From NCBI GenBank assembly GCA_026025075.1, contig JAPEUI010000012.1:124001-188000 (forward strand): a stretch of 64,000 nucleotides of DNA, written 5' to 3'. The notes under the pieces were generated by a model. The model searched no databases and was not told the origin of the DNA. It saw nothing but the letters and a program-made list of their open reading frames with translations. The DNA is from Vezdaea acicularis (Eukaryota). How positions within the stretch are numbered: position 1 is the stretch's first letter; every line of letters starts with the position of its first letter. A program made the translations under genes and the position numbers. Below, piece by piece: positions 22,722-35,768 of the stretch.

Positions 22722-23411
22722 CTGATTATCTGGTAAGGTCAGGTCTCACAATCCTTCGAATTCGTAATAAAGTGAGTGTATAGAGAGGATCTTCAGGTGA
22801 TTTGCGGTTAGGGTTTGATGTAAAGGAGCAGTAGGAACGTCAAGTGAGAGTGAAAAAGTGAATCCAAGCACAGACACGATTATATCTGGATGCGATACTT
22901 TTGGACGTCTTAGGCTTGACGCTACCTTATCAGAGTAGTAGAAGCCGATACGCCATAGGCGTCGTGGCGCCTGCAGGGACCACCGGACCCCGGACCTCGG
23001 AACGTTCGGAAATCCGCAAATTCCGAACGCTAGACCTAATCCGGAACTTTGCGTATTATCACTACCAGCAAACGGCATTTACAACTGTCCGCGTCGCGCT
23101 TGCTATTTCGGACCGCTAGGTAAAATTGGTAAAGCCTGCTAGGCAATGACAACTCATTGGCTATCAGCTGCTTTCCTCGGAGCTTAAAACCAGGGTCTTG
23201 AATCACTTACAACGGCCGTTGTCCTCAGACGAAGCATTCAACACGAACAGGAAGCAGGGCCCCCCACCAACATTCACTTGCTTCTCAAAAAATACCTCCT
23301 ACATATAGAAAGCCTCTCGTAAAACATTACGAAGTCCTTTCAATTTTCTTACTCTCTTACCTCTTAGAACAACACCGTTTTCCTAACAACTCTTCCTCTA
23401 CATCATCAACG

Positions 23412-24488
23412 ATGGAGTTCTTGAAAGCCCAGATGACGAGGATCCCCCTGATCAAGTCGGTGAATCTGTCGACATGTACCGTCCTCATCACTGGAGGCAA
23501 TGCCGGTCTTGGACTTGAAGCAGCTCGCCAGATCATGAGCTCAAAGCCTCAACGCTTGATCCTTGCATGCCGCAATGTCGAGAAGGGCGAAATAGCCAAA
23601 GAGGAGCTGGCAAGCATGAAGACGTCGCCAGCGACGAAGATTGAGGTTCGGCAACTGGACCAGAATAGCTTTGCGTCTGTAAAGTCATTTGTTGAAGGCC
23701 TAAAGGGCGAGCCGGTTGACATTGCAATTCTGAATGCTGGTGAGTGCAGAGATCTTTTCCAATATCAGCGATTGACATTAGGAGAGTAAAATATCCACGA
23801 GAGTCTGTCCCACTTACATTTATGCCCCCACCTAGGTGTAATGAATAGCTCCTTCCAACCGACCGTCGACGACCTGGAATCCGATCTCCAAGTCAACACC
23901 CTCTCCCCTGCCCTCCTCTCCCTCCTTCTCCTTCCGAACCTCCGCCTCGCATCCAAGACGCAGCGCCTAGACGGAACCCCTCAGCCCCACCTAACCTTCG
24001 TAGGCAGCGGCCTACACGCCATGGCAAAGTTCCCCGAACGCAAGCTCCCCCAAGGCGAGATCCTAGCCAAGCTCAACGTGCGCGAGGCCTATACGCAAGC
24101 CGACCGCTACCCCGTCGCAAAGACAATCGGGCTCTTCTGGATGCGCGAGCTCGCCCACCGCGTCAGTCCCTCCGAAATCATCATCAACTCGGTCAACCCG
24201 GGCTTTTGCAAGACGAACATCATGGGCCACGCCACCGGCGCATCGAAGTATATGAGCAAGCTCGCTCAGGGCCTCGTGGGCCGTTCATCCGAAGATGGCG
24301 CAAGGTGCATTGTCGATGGAGCCACGCTAAGGGGCCCGGACTCGCATGGGAAGTATCTGAGTGAGATGCAAGTCAAGCCCGAGTCCGACATCGTGAAGGG
24401 TCCCGAGGGAGCGGATTTGCAAGGACGGCTCTGGGATGAGACATATGCATTGTTCGAGAAGCATGGCGTCGAGGTTCCAAAGGTTTAG
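23412..24488 (+). CDS. Short-chain dehydrogenase/reductase (retinol-DH/WWOX-like), one intron ~23740-23835
   Basis: TGGNAGLG Rossmann motif, ILNAG, catalytic YPVAK, SVNPGFCKT. Confidence 0.92.
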
Positions 24489-24722
24489 ATGGCATGTTCA
24501 TTTTCATGGTCGGGCTGAGGCTTTTGATGGAGTTGCGGGATAATGTGATGAGGAAACGGCACCGGCTACGGTAGCGAGGGACGGAATTTGCATTTGTTTG
24601 CACACAAACGAAAGCATTTCGACTAATATCACCATAAACTGCACCTCCACTTAATCTATCACATGAGTGAATACAAATAAATGCAGAACCCAAAAAAACC
24701 CCATTTCATTTCCCAGCGCGCA

Positions 24723-26475
24723 CTACTGCAAATAACGACTCTTGATCGCCTGGCTGATGGTGCTCACGCGACTCGCCACACTCCCCGCACGCATGTTGCT
24801 CGCCAGGGCCTCCTCGAGCGCCGATTGCGTGACGCTGGCATCTGCGTTGAGTCAGTCCAGTCAAATCAAATCAGTCAAATCACATAGTCCGTCAGTCAGT
24901 GAATCAGCCAGTCAGTTAGTCAGAGCTGGACTGGACGGTCTTTTTCCATGTGTCTCTACCGAATGTGATGATGTGATGATGTGACAATATGAGAAAAATG
25001 GTCAGTGCATACCATCCAAATCACTAAAGCTGCTGCCCATGCTCGGCGTGCCATCGCTGCCATCCGCGCGCCTATTGCGGCCTTCCGTGCTCTTCCGCAG
25101 CTCAGCCGCGCGTTTCGGGCTGAGCGGGCCGGCGGGGGGCGGCCGTTGAGTCTTCGGTGCGCCCTCGGTCTTGAGAGTCGAGGGGACGACGACGGGTTGG
25201 TTGGAGGAGGCGGAGCTAGTGGACGAGTGCGCGGTCTGGGGATGCTGCTTTGCGGCTTGTGCGGCGCGGCGTTGGTTTGGGGACGGGAGGGTGCGGAGGG
25301 TGGCGCTGGGGTCTTGTGGGTTGGAAAAAGGGAGGAAGTCCTCGTCTTCTTCGTCGTCGTCGTCGGCTTCGGTGCTGGGGCCGGCGGGGCCGAGGGGGTG
25401 CGGGTAGGCTTCTGCGACGGTGCGGCGGGCGGTGAAGCGTGGGGCTCGTTTGAAGAGTTGGGATTTGGCTAGTTGAGGGCTGGTATCGGAGGAGGAGGTA
25501 GAGGAGGAGGAGGACGATGGGGCGTCGGAGGGCGACTTGGGCGATGGGGGCGCCTGTGCGGGGGGCTTTTGGGTGTTGGTGCTGGATAGGCGGCGAGGGA
25601 TGGCGAGGGTTGGGCGTGGGCTGGAAGGGATGACAGGGAGGGGCGGGGTTTGGGTTGCTTTGTTTGCGGAAGATTGACGGGACATTGGTTGAGCTATGGC
25701 TGTTAGAGAAGAGCTAACAGTAGGTGGAAAGGTAGCCAGCCATACCTGTGATCGCGCTGGGCGTAGTTGGAACGCTCGGAGGTACTGGACTGTCCCTTGA
25801 TCTCATAGAAAGCGCAGAGGGCACACGACCTAGATCGAAATGATCAGATATAGCTCCGGTGAAGCCCCAAAATACGTACCACCACCGCTATTCCCTCTCC
25901 TCATAGCGTACCCTCCCGTCGCGGACTGAGCCGCCGGTCCACCGGTGTTTCCAACCTTCCTCATCTGGGCCCTGATCTGTAGCATCTGGCGTTCGTAGAG
26001 CCATGCCGCTTGTTGAAGGACGAAAGGAAGTGTGACCTCAAACTGGTCTGCTCTGCAGGAGCCATCAGAACACTGTGACCAGAGAAGCGGGAGATTCTCT
26101 ATCTGCTACGTACAATGCCTGCCCTGTGACACGTTAGCCAAGGTACGCGCGCTTTACAAGAGTCAACGGCATTGCTTACAGTCTATGTCATTGTTCTTGC
26201 TCCCCCATGAGATCTTGCTCCACAGAGCCTGGTCCTTTGCTGCATCCCAGTCGACCTATAGGGTCATCAGCCTGATATCTCTGAGCCCAATAGCTACATG
26301 CGAAACTAACAGGCGGAGGGTCGACAAAATCACCGCGGGGAAAGGGCAGTCTCGCTATCACTGTATATCTGACTTCAGGCTCGACGGGCTTGAGCTGCGG
26401 TGCCGCATTCTTCACCGGAGGAGCTGCGTATCCCGCTGGAGCTTTGGGTATCGACTCCGGTCTTGGCGTCGGCAT
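24723..26475 (-). CDS. ATG29: Autophagy-related protein 29 (multi-exon, includes 10-nt microexon 26123-26114)
   Basis: YTVIARLPFPRGDFVDPPP, WDAAKDQALW, FEVTLPFVLQQAAWLYERQ, SMGSSFSDLDDASVTQSALEEAL. Confidence 0.9.
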
Positions 26476-27210
26476 TTTTACGTTGAAGCTTCTTAGTCCG
26501 TCGGTGCGTATGGTGTAGCATTCAAGCTGTAGCCGCAATATCACCAATTCGGATGAGGGTGCTTTCGTAACGCAACCACATGCTTGTCGGTCATCAAGAA
26601 AACTGGGGTGGTCTTAGGCAAATCCTCATAGATCACATGTCCACGACAACTCCACAGAGCGCATTTACTTTGCATGGGCACGAGCTCTGGACACAGAATG
26701 TCTAGAAGTAGCATTTACCAGTAACCTTTGTGAGCTGCTACTTGATTAGATTATCTCTCTCGTCTCAACCTCTAATCTCTAGAAGCTCGTGGTGTCTCCT
26801 CCCATAAGACAACAACCAGATCTCCTATCCCACGCCCGTTTTATAGCATGACCCAACCCGACCCGACGCACTCCACCAAACAAAGGGTATGATGAGACCG
26901 CAGTCAGAGCGCAGCGCTACGCTAGCAGCTGCAAATCGCTGATAAGACAAAAATGAGAAAAGTTGCCTGACAAGGGCTAATTCGAGCATAGAACGTCGTT
27001 CCAATATAAAAGTGGCGCAAGCGCGCTAGATGGTACGTACCATCTTGGCCGTACCGTGCCAACATGAATCCGACAATCCAAAGGAAAGAATGGGAATGTG
27101 TTGAAATATATGCAGATGAAGAGTAAGGTGGGTTGCCTCGAATATTAGCATGCAGATGTGTCGACTTCTTCTCCTTCGCTTCGACAAGTGCAACATGGTC
27201 CAAGATTGGG

Positions 27211-29543
27211 TCATATCAACAGAAACGAGGCTGACCCCCCAGCCGAAACGGTCGAAGTATTCCGTTGACTGCCATCGGGCCACTCCATCGCAGGCAAGGG
27301 GCCGAATGGAACGCCTTCAAACGTTTCGAGCATTTTTCTTTTGATTTCCTCAACTCTCGACCACCTTCTATTCAGCCGTTGTCTTCTCGTCTCAAACAGC
27401 TTTTCGAATTGCGATTCCTCCCTTGCAAACCTGGCCTCTAGGCCTTCTGCTTCAGCTCTGAGTTTCTTGTCCAGGCGCGCATACTCCTCTTCCTGCCTAA
27501 TGCTAAGAGATTCCAGCTGCTGTGCTTGCTTGTCGCGAAGGACATTGATGCGTGATTGGTGCATCCGCTCCATATCATCCCGAAGATTGTATTGCTGTCC
27601 AAGCTCTCGCAGGTCACGCTCTGTCACGATACGTCCAGAAGAGGTGTTGCCAGAGTTCAGGCCATCGCAGTAGGCTTCCATATGGCGAAGTCGGATCAGA
27701 CAAGCTTTTCGCTCTTGCTTAAGAGTTTGACGCAGCTCCATTTCAGCGGCGACTTGACGGTCTTCGAGAGTTGTGAGAGTTCGAGTATGCTAGCCAGCAC
27801 GAATTAGAATTAAACATGATATAATCATATCTGTAAAGACTTACGCGGTCTTTCATCTTTTGCTCCTGCGTCACATGACTATCGATCATGTGAACCTTGT
27901 CCTGCCCATGTCTTGTCCAGAGTGCCCATTTCTGCTTTTGTTCAAAGGCGAGGAAGCGATCTCGCTCTTCCACCTGACGTACGCGCAGCCGTGTCAGCTC
28001 TTGGTTCTCTCGACTTCGCTTGACAGCCGCCATGGCCTCTGCTGATGTTGAATACTCTAGTGCCGCCTGCTTCGCTTTATCCTTCGCTTCTTGTATCCTC
28101 CGTGCTTCCTCTGCTGCCTTACGTTGTCGAGCTTGCTCCTCCCCGTTACAGTTGTTCGGGCAGCCAAGTACAGTGTCCCACATAGCACCGCATATATAGC
28201 AGAATTGGGCGTTACATCGGCAAGTCATATGTGCACGACCTTTCGTCAACTCGACCAAGGAGCTACAACTGTAGCATCTTCGCCATCGATGGTTTTCACC
28301 CATCTGCAGCACTGTATCAAGCTCCCAGTCCTATTCAAACATCAGTAACGCGAACAAAGCCCAACCGTAGCGATTGTCCACTCACCGCTGGGCAATCCTG
28401 CCCAACCGCATGCGCATCTTTCTTGCATTGTTTGCAGACTTTTGTATCACACCTCGGACAGTCGACATCAAACGGACGCTTTGGATTCAGCTTTCCTCTC
28501 TTCGGTATGAATTCGCCGCAGAGAATGTTAGGACAGTATATTCTTTCCCTACTAGGAGTCGCATATTGTAGAACACTCTTCATGAATACTTGTTGTTGAT
28601 TTTCATCGAGGACTGATTTGACGATAAAAGCGGGTATGGGCTTGTTGCAACATTTGGGCGGCATCTTTGCTTCGACTTGCATTGCCTGCGTGACCAACAT
28701 TCGTAGACAGCTGTCGCAGTAGATGTGCGAGCAGGGAAGGTTGTGTAGGGCTTTGTTCTTCTTGAAGTCATCTTTGCAGCAAATACAAGACCTAAGTTTG
28801 TATTAGTAGGTAGTACAGAACAATTGGATTGTTGCATCGACTCCTTACTTCACTTCCTCTGCCACAGCCTTGGGCTTGCCGAAGCGAGATATCCTGCCTA
28901 TTCCTCGTTTTATGCTAAAGTAAGACTTCCTTGTCGAAACGGAAAAGATTGATGGAGCAGATGGTGGTGTAAGTATCGTAGGTGATGCAGGTAATGGTGG
29001 CGGCGTCGTGAATATAGATGTCGCGACTACCTCTTGAGCCTGCGCTTGCGCCAGGAATTTTTCGTATTCGGTGAATGATAGAGATCTTCGTAGGGTGTTG
29101 CCTCGCGACCTTGGCGAGGCTGGAATGACGGATTTGGTGGGAACGAATGGATGCCTCGCATTCGAGCTGGGCGCGGTGATATCGGTCGATTGTGAGGTTC
29201 GCGAGGTCGAGCTAGACCGTACATGCGCGGATGTCATGGTCGCGGTGGATGCGGAGTTCATGGGATCCCCAAAGGGCTCGGGCTGAAGGTCCTGCGAGAC
29301 ATCGATGCCTAGGTCGAGAGCCGCTCGATAATTTCCTTCATCAATTGCTTCCTCCGTCTTGTCGGTCGGTAGCTGTAAAACTTCGGTGCGGTAAACCACA
29401 TCATCAAATTCTGATGGATGGGTGACGGTCGACTCGGAACTCTGCATATCGGCCAGCGATCGCTTCTTCTGCTCGATAGCCGCTAGGGCCTCGTTCGGTG
29501 CCGTCGTTTCGGCGAACATCATCGCGACAGCCGGCGCCGACAT
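27211..29543 (-). CDS. RBR (RING1-IBR-RING2) E3-ligase-family protein with C-terminal coiled coil; 4 exons
   Basis: RING1 CICC..LPCSHIYCDSC..PPKCC; IBR YCPNILC..CPRC..CKQCKKDAH; RING2 RRCYSC..HMTCRCNAQFCYICG. Start taken as MSAPAVAM. Confidence 0.9.
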
Positions 29544-31636
29544 CTTCGCATTGCCCGGTCGATGCCGGGAGTCGGGAGTCGGACGAGAAGGTGGCGATGA
29601 GGTTGATGATGGAGGGAGGAAGGTGGAGGAGGAGGAGTAGGCAAGGCGCCGAACAGCAAATTCGACGTGACCAGGAAAAGGTGTTAGGGGGGGGGTAGTC
29701 AATCGTTAGAAGCAAGCGCACAGTTTAGTGATTAGACTGCAGCGCAATACCGGAGGCCCAGCTCGCGATGAGAGGTTGCGACGACGCCGAGTGCCGGGGT
29801 GAGCGTCAGGATAGGGATTAGCGGACAGGGAAGAGAGTGGGAGGACCGATAGCAAGCAGCAGCGATCAGGGTAAGCCAGTGGCCGGCCGAGTCGTGATCT
29901 GCTGCCAGCGACCGCCAAAAGCCCCGAGAAGCGCCCCCTCGTTAAGATATGCCAATGCCGATCATCTCGGGATGGCTCAGATGGCGACAGACACCGGTGA
30001 TGGGGGCTGGAGAAGGCAAAGAGGCCAGAGTGACAACGCAAAAAAGCCCACGATCGAGTGGAGATGGGGATGATTGGTGATGGAGCGCGCTGGTGGCTGC
30101 CATTGGCCGGTGCGTGCTTTTTTCTCCAGGCTGCGCACCACCAACAAGAGGCCCCCCCAAACCTGATCGGTGCTTCACCTTGCCGCGCCGCTCGTTTCGA
30201 TTCGCCGGTGCCTCTCGAGGGACCGAAAGACGCCTCATCCACTCACGAAATGGAGCACGATGAAATGCGTTGTGGAGATGCGGTCCTTCATCCGCGTCGC
30301 CAGATGTTTGGATCGCCGGAACGCAGCCGCTATTCGTTAGGTGGGATGGGAAGCGAAGGGTTCGCCTTGTCGCTTCTTCCTTTTGGAGCGACTAGACGCA
30401 AAGTAGAGTCGCCCAGGGCTGGAGGTGGCAGCTGGGGCGTTGGCTGGATCTGGCCGGGCCAAGGGAACAGGAGATTGCGCCTCTGAGTCGCTATTCCCAA
30501 TCCCCCCAAGGCGTTCGAGTCAGTCTCGTCGATCAGTCGAACCCGACGGAGGGAGCATGCGCCGACGCTGGACCACAATAGGAACAGCAGGAGGGGACAA
30601 TCATGCATTCCAGAATCGGTCTGGCGATTGATTAGGTACGAGAAACGGTCGGTCGAATCGCTGCTGGTTGTTAGCAAACGCACCAAATGAACGCAGAGAT
30701 GAGAAAGGCAAGTTTACACCGCTCCTCGATGCCGGGAAGATGCTTGGGTGGTCCCATGCAGATGGGCGATGGGACGTGACTGGAACCGTGAATCGTGTTA
30801 GTCAAGTCTCACCAAGCTCCCTTTCCTCCATCCATCGCCCGAAATTTCTCCGTTGGTCACATCGATACCGACGCAATCAGCAATGCTTGGCTGAGTATCT
30901 GTGTCGCACCGTCTGTGGTGATGGTGGAGACGCGGACTCGTGCCCTGAGGCTAGCTGTGACGAAACCGTGGATGATGTTATCGGACAGAAAGGATCCCGC
31001 CCGCCCTGGCCCCGAGGTGGGCGATTAGGGTTAGGAGGAAACCCATGCCAAGCGACGTCCAATAAAAGGTGGGGGCGACTGCTCCGGGGTCTCGTTAAAG
31101 GCCGCCAGAGCAATTGGAGCGACGTCGTATCCCACACTGAATATAGATCTTTGTCATGCTCCGCCAAGGCTGCGGTACGGTCGTGTATGGAGTCGTTAGG
31201 GCACGACGCGCAGGAGGATTTTAGCACTCCCGCCCCTGGTCGCCCTTGGACGAAGCTCATCGTGGAGCTCGGGTCCCCACCGGATCCTCACCTACTCGCT
31301 TTTATTTGTGATGATCGCGGAGCACGTCGGATTACCGCAACGAGCTGCTTTGAAATAACACGAGATCCCGGAACCTCGCCGAAAGACGACGGATGTCTCA
31401 CGCAACACACACCCTATGAAACATTCTGGACGAGGGACAGAAGTTGATACCGGAGGTCCGAGCATGTGATTCTGAACATCAGAGGATAGACCTCAAGAAA
31501 GTCGTCGACCGGTATTATCAAAACCATTGTTCAAAGTATGGATACCATGTCAAATCGCTTGTTTATAAATGTATCCTCTGCCGTGGCTCTCCCTGTGGGC
31601 AACGCGTGACTTCGACATCGATATCTATCTCCTTAT

Positions 31637-32449
31637 TCAACCGGCACCGACAGCCCCCTTGACAATGCTAGATTTCAGTTCCCCATGATGCTCATCCCCT
31701 TCCTCCAGAACACCTAGATCCACAGTCCAGACTTTGACGAGCTCATCCACCCTCGCAGCCCACTTGACGACCAGCGGATGACTCTCTACCACCTCTTCCC
31801 AATCGACCTCCTCCACGTTCTCCCCCCTTAACTCAAATCTCCATACCTCCCCCTTTCCCTCAGCAGCCCAATCCCAATACTTCTCCCCAACGACATTCCC
31901 CATTGCCAACTCCCCGCTCGCCTGCTTCTCCCACGTCCGAACCCTATCAACCTCCATTCTCCACCTCTCTTCCCCCCTACCATCCCCTTTCTCCCCCACC
32001 CTCCACTCAACATCCCACCCCATCTCTCTAGCCTTCTCCTCCCACCCTCTTTCTACCGCGCGCAGTATCCCCAGCAACACGCCGACCAACCAGCCAACCC
32101 GCGCGCCGATGAAGCCTCCAAGGAAGTAGCCCACATCGAAGCCGGCTTGGATGAAGGCCGGCTTGGCTGCGCTGATGCCGTCGCGGTAGCCGGCTGTACT
32201 GTGTTGTTGGCGGAGACGGGGGATGTCTGATAGTTCGGGTTGGGAGCGCGGAGGGGGGTGGAGATCGGAATGAGCATCTTGTAGGGGGTCGCTGGGTGGG
32301 GGAGGGGAGTCGGAGGAGAAGACGTCGGAGAGGTCGTTGACGGGAGGAGACGGGGGCGGAGTATCAGAATGGGACTCGTTCTGCTGAAGCGTGGAAACCG
32401 GGAGATCTGATGAGACTTTGGATCTGGAATGGGGGTCTCCTCCTCCCAT
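31637..32449 (-). CDS. YAE1: Yae1-like protein (Fe-S maturation adaptor for Rli1)
   Basis: [47 protein letters not shown], the deca-GX3 pattern of Yae1_N. Confidence 0.85.
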   Translation of the reverse strand: MGGGDPHSRSKVSSDLPVSTLQQNESHSDTPPPSPPVNDLSDVFSSDSPPPPSDPLQDAHSDLHPPPRSQPELSDIPRLRQQHSTAGYRDGISAAKPAFIQAGFDVGYFLGGFIGARVGWLVGVLLGILRAVERGWEEKAREMGWDVEWRVGEKGDGRGEERWRMEVDRVRTWEKQASGELAMGNVVGEKYWDWAAEGKGEVWRFELRGENVEEVDWEEVVESHPLVVKWAARVDELVKVWTVDLGVLEEGDEHHGELKSSIVKGAVGAG

Positions 32450-32961
32450 CGCGTCGAAAGTTAGGGCTAGCTGCCCCGCATAGCTTGTATCGAGGGGTTA
32501 CATCAGTTTTGCAATGCTTTTCGGCTGCTTCCATTCCGGTTGGCTCTAAGACACAAACTATGTTTGAGCCCATTGCCGCTTAGCAGTTGGGAATTAAATA
32601 AATCTTCAATATTTTTCTCCAAAAGGTCGCTATTTTCTTATTGCAACTTGGCCTATTTTACATAAGTCTCGTTCTCTTTCGTGGCTTATCTTTTTGATAC
32701 TTGAATGAAGCTTTAGCGAACCACCTTCGTAAAGTACCGCTGCGAAGTAATCCAGTCAGTCACATTCTGCAGCATATGGGACACTTTTAAGATGGCCGCG
32801 AGCATGATCTGATTCACATAATCTTGCATGCTCCTAGCCTTTGCCCTGGTAGACCCAGGGGTCTTTCTCGCTTTCTTGTATTTTTTTCTGGGCTATGATA
32901 TTGCGATAGTATGCTACAAGATGTAATTCTAATATAGAAGCGCCTTCTAATTCCTCTTTCA

Positions 32962-35100
32962 TCATCCATGCGAAGTCCGCCATTTCATTAATGGTAACGT
33001 CTGCAACTTCGTAGCTGCCGGCTTTATGAACCCCCAAAACGTGACAGCGCCTATAACAACACACACTATATTCATCATATAATACCCGTCCCGTTCTATA
33101 GAACAGGTCCCGCCCCCATTTTCGCAGCGCTCTTTTTGGGCTTTCGCCGCACAAGAGAAAGCTGATGTGATGAGCGTCCCTTTCAGGTCCTCAGGAGGAT
33201 TTGTAGGTGGGATGCATGCCGCCAATGTGAAAATATCGACGAGTTTAAGGACAAAAATCTTTGGAAAGGTGCCGCCAAGATTCGAGACGCTTGGATTGTG
33301 AAAGTCAGCCTGGATTCATTTAGAAAGGGACATTTAGCGTACGTTGCAAGCAGAGTCATGTAGGTCCCACCAATTGTCGGATCCGCTATCTTGGCATGAA
33401 AGGCCGATATTGCAACAAACATAATAGTGCCTGTGAAAGTCGAGAAGACATGCTCCGCAATCACCAATAGTAAATACCACGTTTCAACACCATCCTTGGG
33501 GAATATCATCACTGTGATTTGAGCCATTATAGCCGCAAGAAGCCGCGCCATGAAGCCGTAACACCAAATGTGGATTGGCGGGTACGTGGACGACCATTTG
33601 CCGACATAATAGCCCATACCCAGTTCAAAGGGAAAGTCGATGAGGACGGTCAAGGCCATATCTTCCTTGCTGAACCCTTTGTCTAACAATTTGAGGTTTG
33701 TGACGCCGTCGTTTGCTTGGAACCCAATCTTCGCGATTAAGTGAATGATAATGAAGGTTTGAATGTTTCTTAGCTTTAGTATATCCCACATGACGCGGTA
33801 GACCTCTGCGATGCCATCATGCTCTTTCGTCTTCTCTTCTTTTTTGAATAGTGCTAGACCTATTGTGACTAGCACATAAAGCCACCCAGCGAATATAAGG
33901 TATCCACCGAGAGACATGATAGGCTCATCGCTCGCTGTCTTGCGAAACCAGCGATTTGCGAAATCTACAGAATTAAATGCTAAGAAGACAGTGTTTGACA
34001 GAAAGGAGCCTGCCGTGAGACCCACAGTTTGTGCGGTCGACGCATATGCCAAGTTTGGGGGTGAAAGGAGTGTGAGAGCCCAACCTAGATCCTTCCGTCA
34101 GAGGACATTTCTGAAAATGTGTCATAGCGAAAAGACAGATCTTACCATCTACGGCAATATCCTGGGTGGCGCACATGAACACCAGGCCAAACCACCATAA
34201 CGTAAAAACTCCGACACCGGCTCCATCATTTGCTCCAGCGGCAAGAATCATTTCCCTTGCTCTGCTACCCAGATATACCATCCCAAGGCCTGATAGAGCT
34301 TGGATAGGTAAGATCCAACTCTTCCTCCTCCCAAACCTTCGACTCCATACTGCGTCTACAATTGGACTCCATAAGAGTTTCAGCGAATATGGATATATTG
34401 CCAAGGCGAATGTTCCGATTTGGCTATATGTGAGATGTGCTTTGAGCAGATAAGGAACCGATCCAGACGCTAGCCCCATCGGTATTCCCTGAAGAAAATA
34501 TAATAACACTAGCAACAAGAAATTCCTCCTATCTTGAGCGGGTAGATCCCAAAAGCCAGTGCTTTTGCCTGTAGGTGTCTGCGATGGTTGATTATCAAGT
34601 GAGAAATTGTCTCTTGACATAAGATGTGCCGTTTGGGAGGCGGAGGTAGGGCTGTCCAAGGATGGATTCTTCCTCCGCATCTCCATATGATTGTTCATGG
34701 TGCCGTTAGCGTTGCCGTTTCGCCTTGTCTCTGACGACAAGGACGAGCGGGTCCGGTCCGGCGCGTGGTTGTTGGCTGAGCGGCTTTTGATAGTCATTTG
34801 ATGTTTCAAAGGCGAGTCGTCTTCAATTTCTGAATCTTCAGACAGGAAATGAGAAGGCTCAGGCAGGTCCCTAGTGTCAACGGTTGGTAAAGTCTGAGGA
34901 GTGTTTCCTTCTTCGTACTCTTCTGGCTTCCGTGGAGCAAGAGTCTGGAGTTGGACCCCTTGTATTGCTTGGTCTCTTTGCGCCTGGCGTTCTAAAGTCT
35001 CGTTGCGGTATGCGACATGAACGGGAAGGATGGAGTGATGGGAGGTGTCAGAGTCTCTTGCGACAGTATGAGGGAGTGTATTGCCAAGTGGGGTAGGCAT
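32962..35100 (-). CDS. Acetyl-CoA transporter 1 (SLC33A1/AT-1, AmpG-related MFS); start may be 34797
   Basis: LLVLLYFLQGIPMGL, YPYSLKLLWSPIVDA, ATQDIAVDG, YASTAQTVGLTAG, DPTIGGTYMTLL, CENGGGTCSIERDGYY; two introns. Confidence 0.93.
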
Positions 35101-35768
35101 CCATGCATATAATTCCCGGAGTCCCTGGCTGGAGGACTCGCTGGCCTCTGAGGAGCTTGGTCCGTGTTCGGGTAACCAGTCGCGAAACGAGTGAACGTGG
35201 CCAAAAAGGCCTATGACGAAGCCGTATACAAGCCGGCAGGAATTTCACGTCCTGATAGATTTGAGGATTCGCAATGAAAACAAGGTATGTTCAGCCCATG
35301 GTAGCTCAAAAGCTGAGCCTACTCTGGGGCCATCTGAAATGGCACGATGATGTCCGAGCGCTCGGTGTTGCGAGAACTCTCCCTATCATTTCACGTTCTC
35401 TATCCCTATTCAGACCCGCGTGATACACAACCCTTTTCGAGTACGAGAATAATGCTCACATTCAACCTCCTCTTCCTACTTATGAGAGATTGAAATTGTA
35501 TCAACTTTGGATGCGTCTAGGCTCTATGACCAGATAACTGTGTATCACCAATTACTAATTTTGAGCATGTCGTCACGTGGACAGAATCAATCGGGCGGTT
35601 AGATTGGGCCGATGTTCTTATCAAGTGCAAGCGAATTCGAGTCCATAAGGTTTTGATATCCCTCTAATACGGCCTTAAACCATACAGGATGTAGGCGTTT
35701 AGAACTTGTGTTCGGTCAATTTTCACTGCGCTAAATGCTATATATACAATGGGTATCTTATGCAGCGT

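Noticed and set aside
31025..31035. TTAGGGTTAGG (and CCCTAACCCTAAC at ~52945) as telomerase RNA template or telomeric relic
   Set aside because: Only about two units; no pseudoknot or CR4/5 elements identifiable by eye; could be chance or a promoter motif.
30668..31447. 259-aa plus-strand ORF
   Set aside because: Non-ATG start, no domain and no coding-like composition; treated as intergenic.
32962..35100. Acetyl-CoA transporter (and CAB2) as part of the carotenoid cluster
   Set aside because: AT-1 family proteins supply ER-lumen acetylation; conserved housekeeping genes with no pathway link evident.
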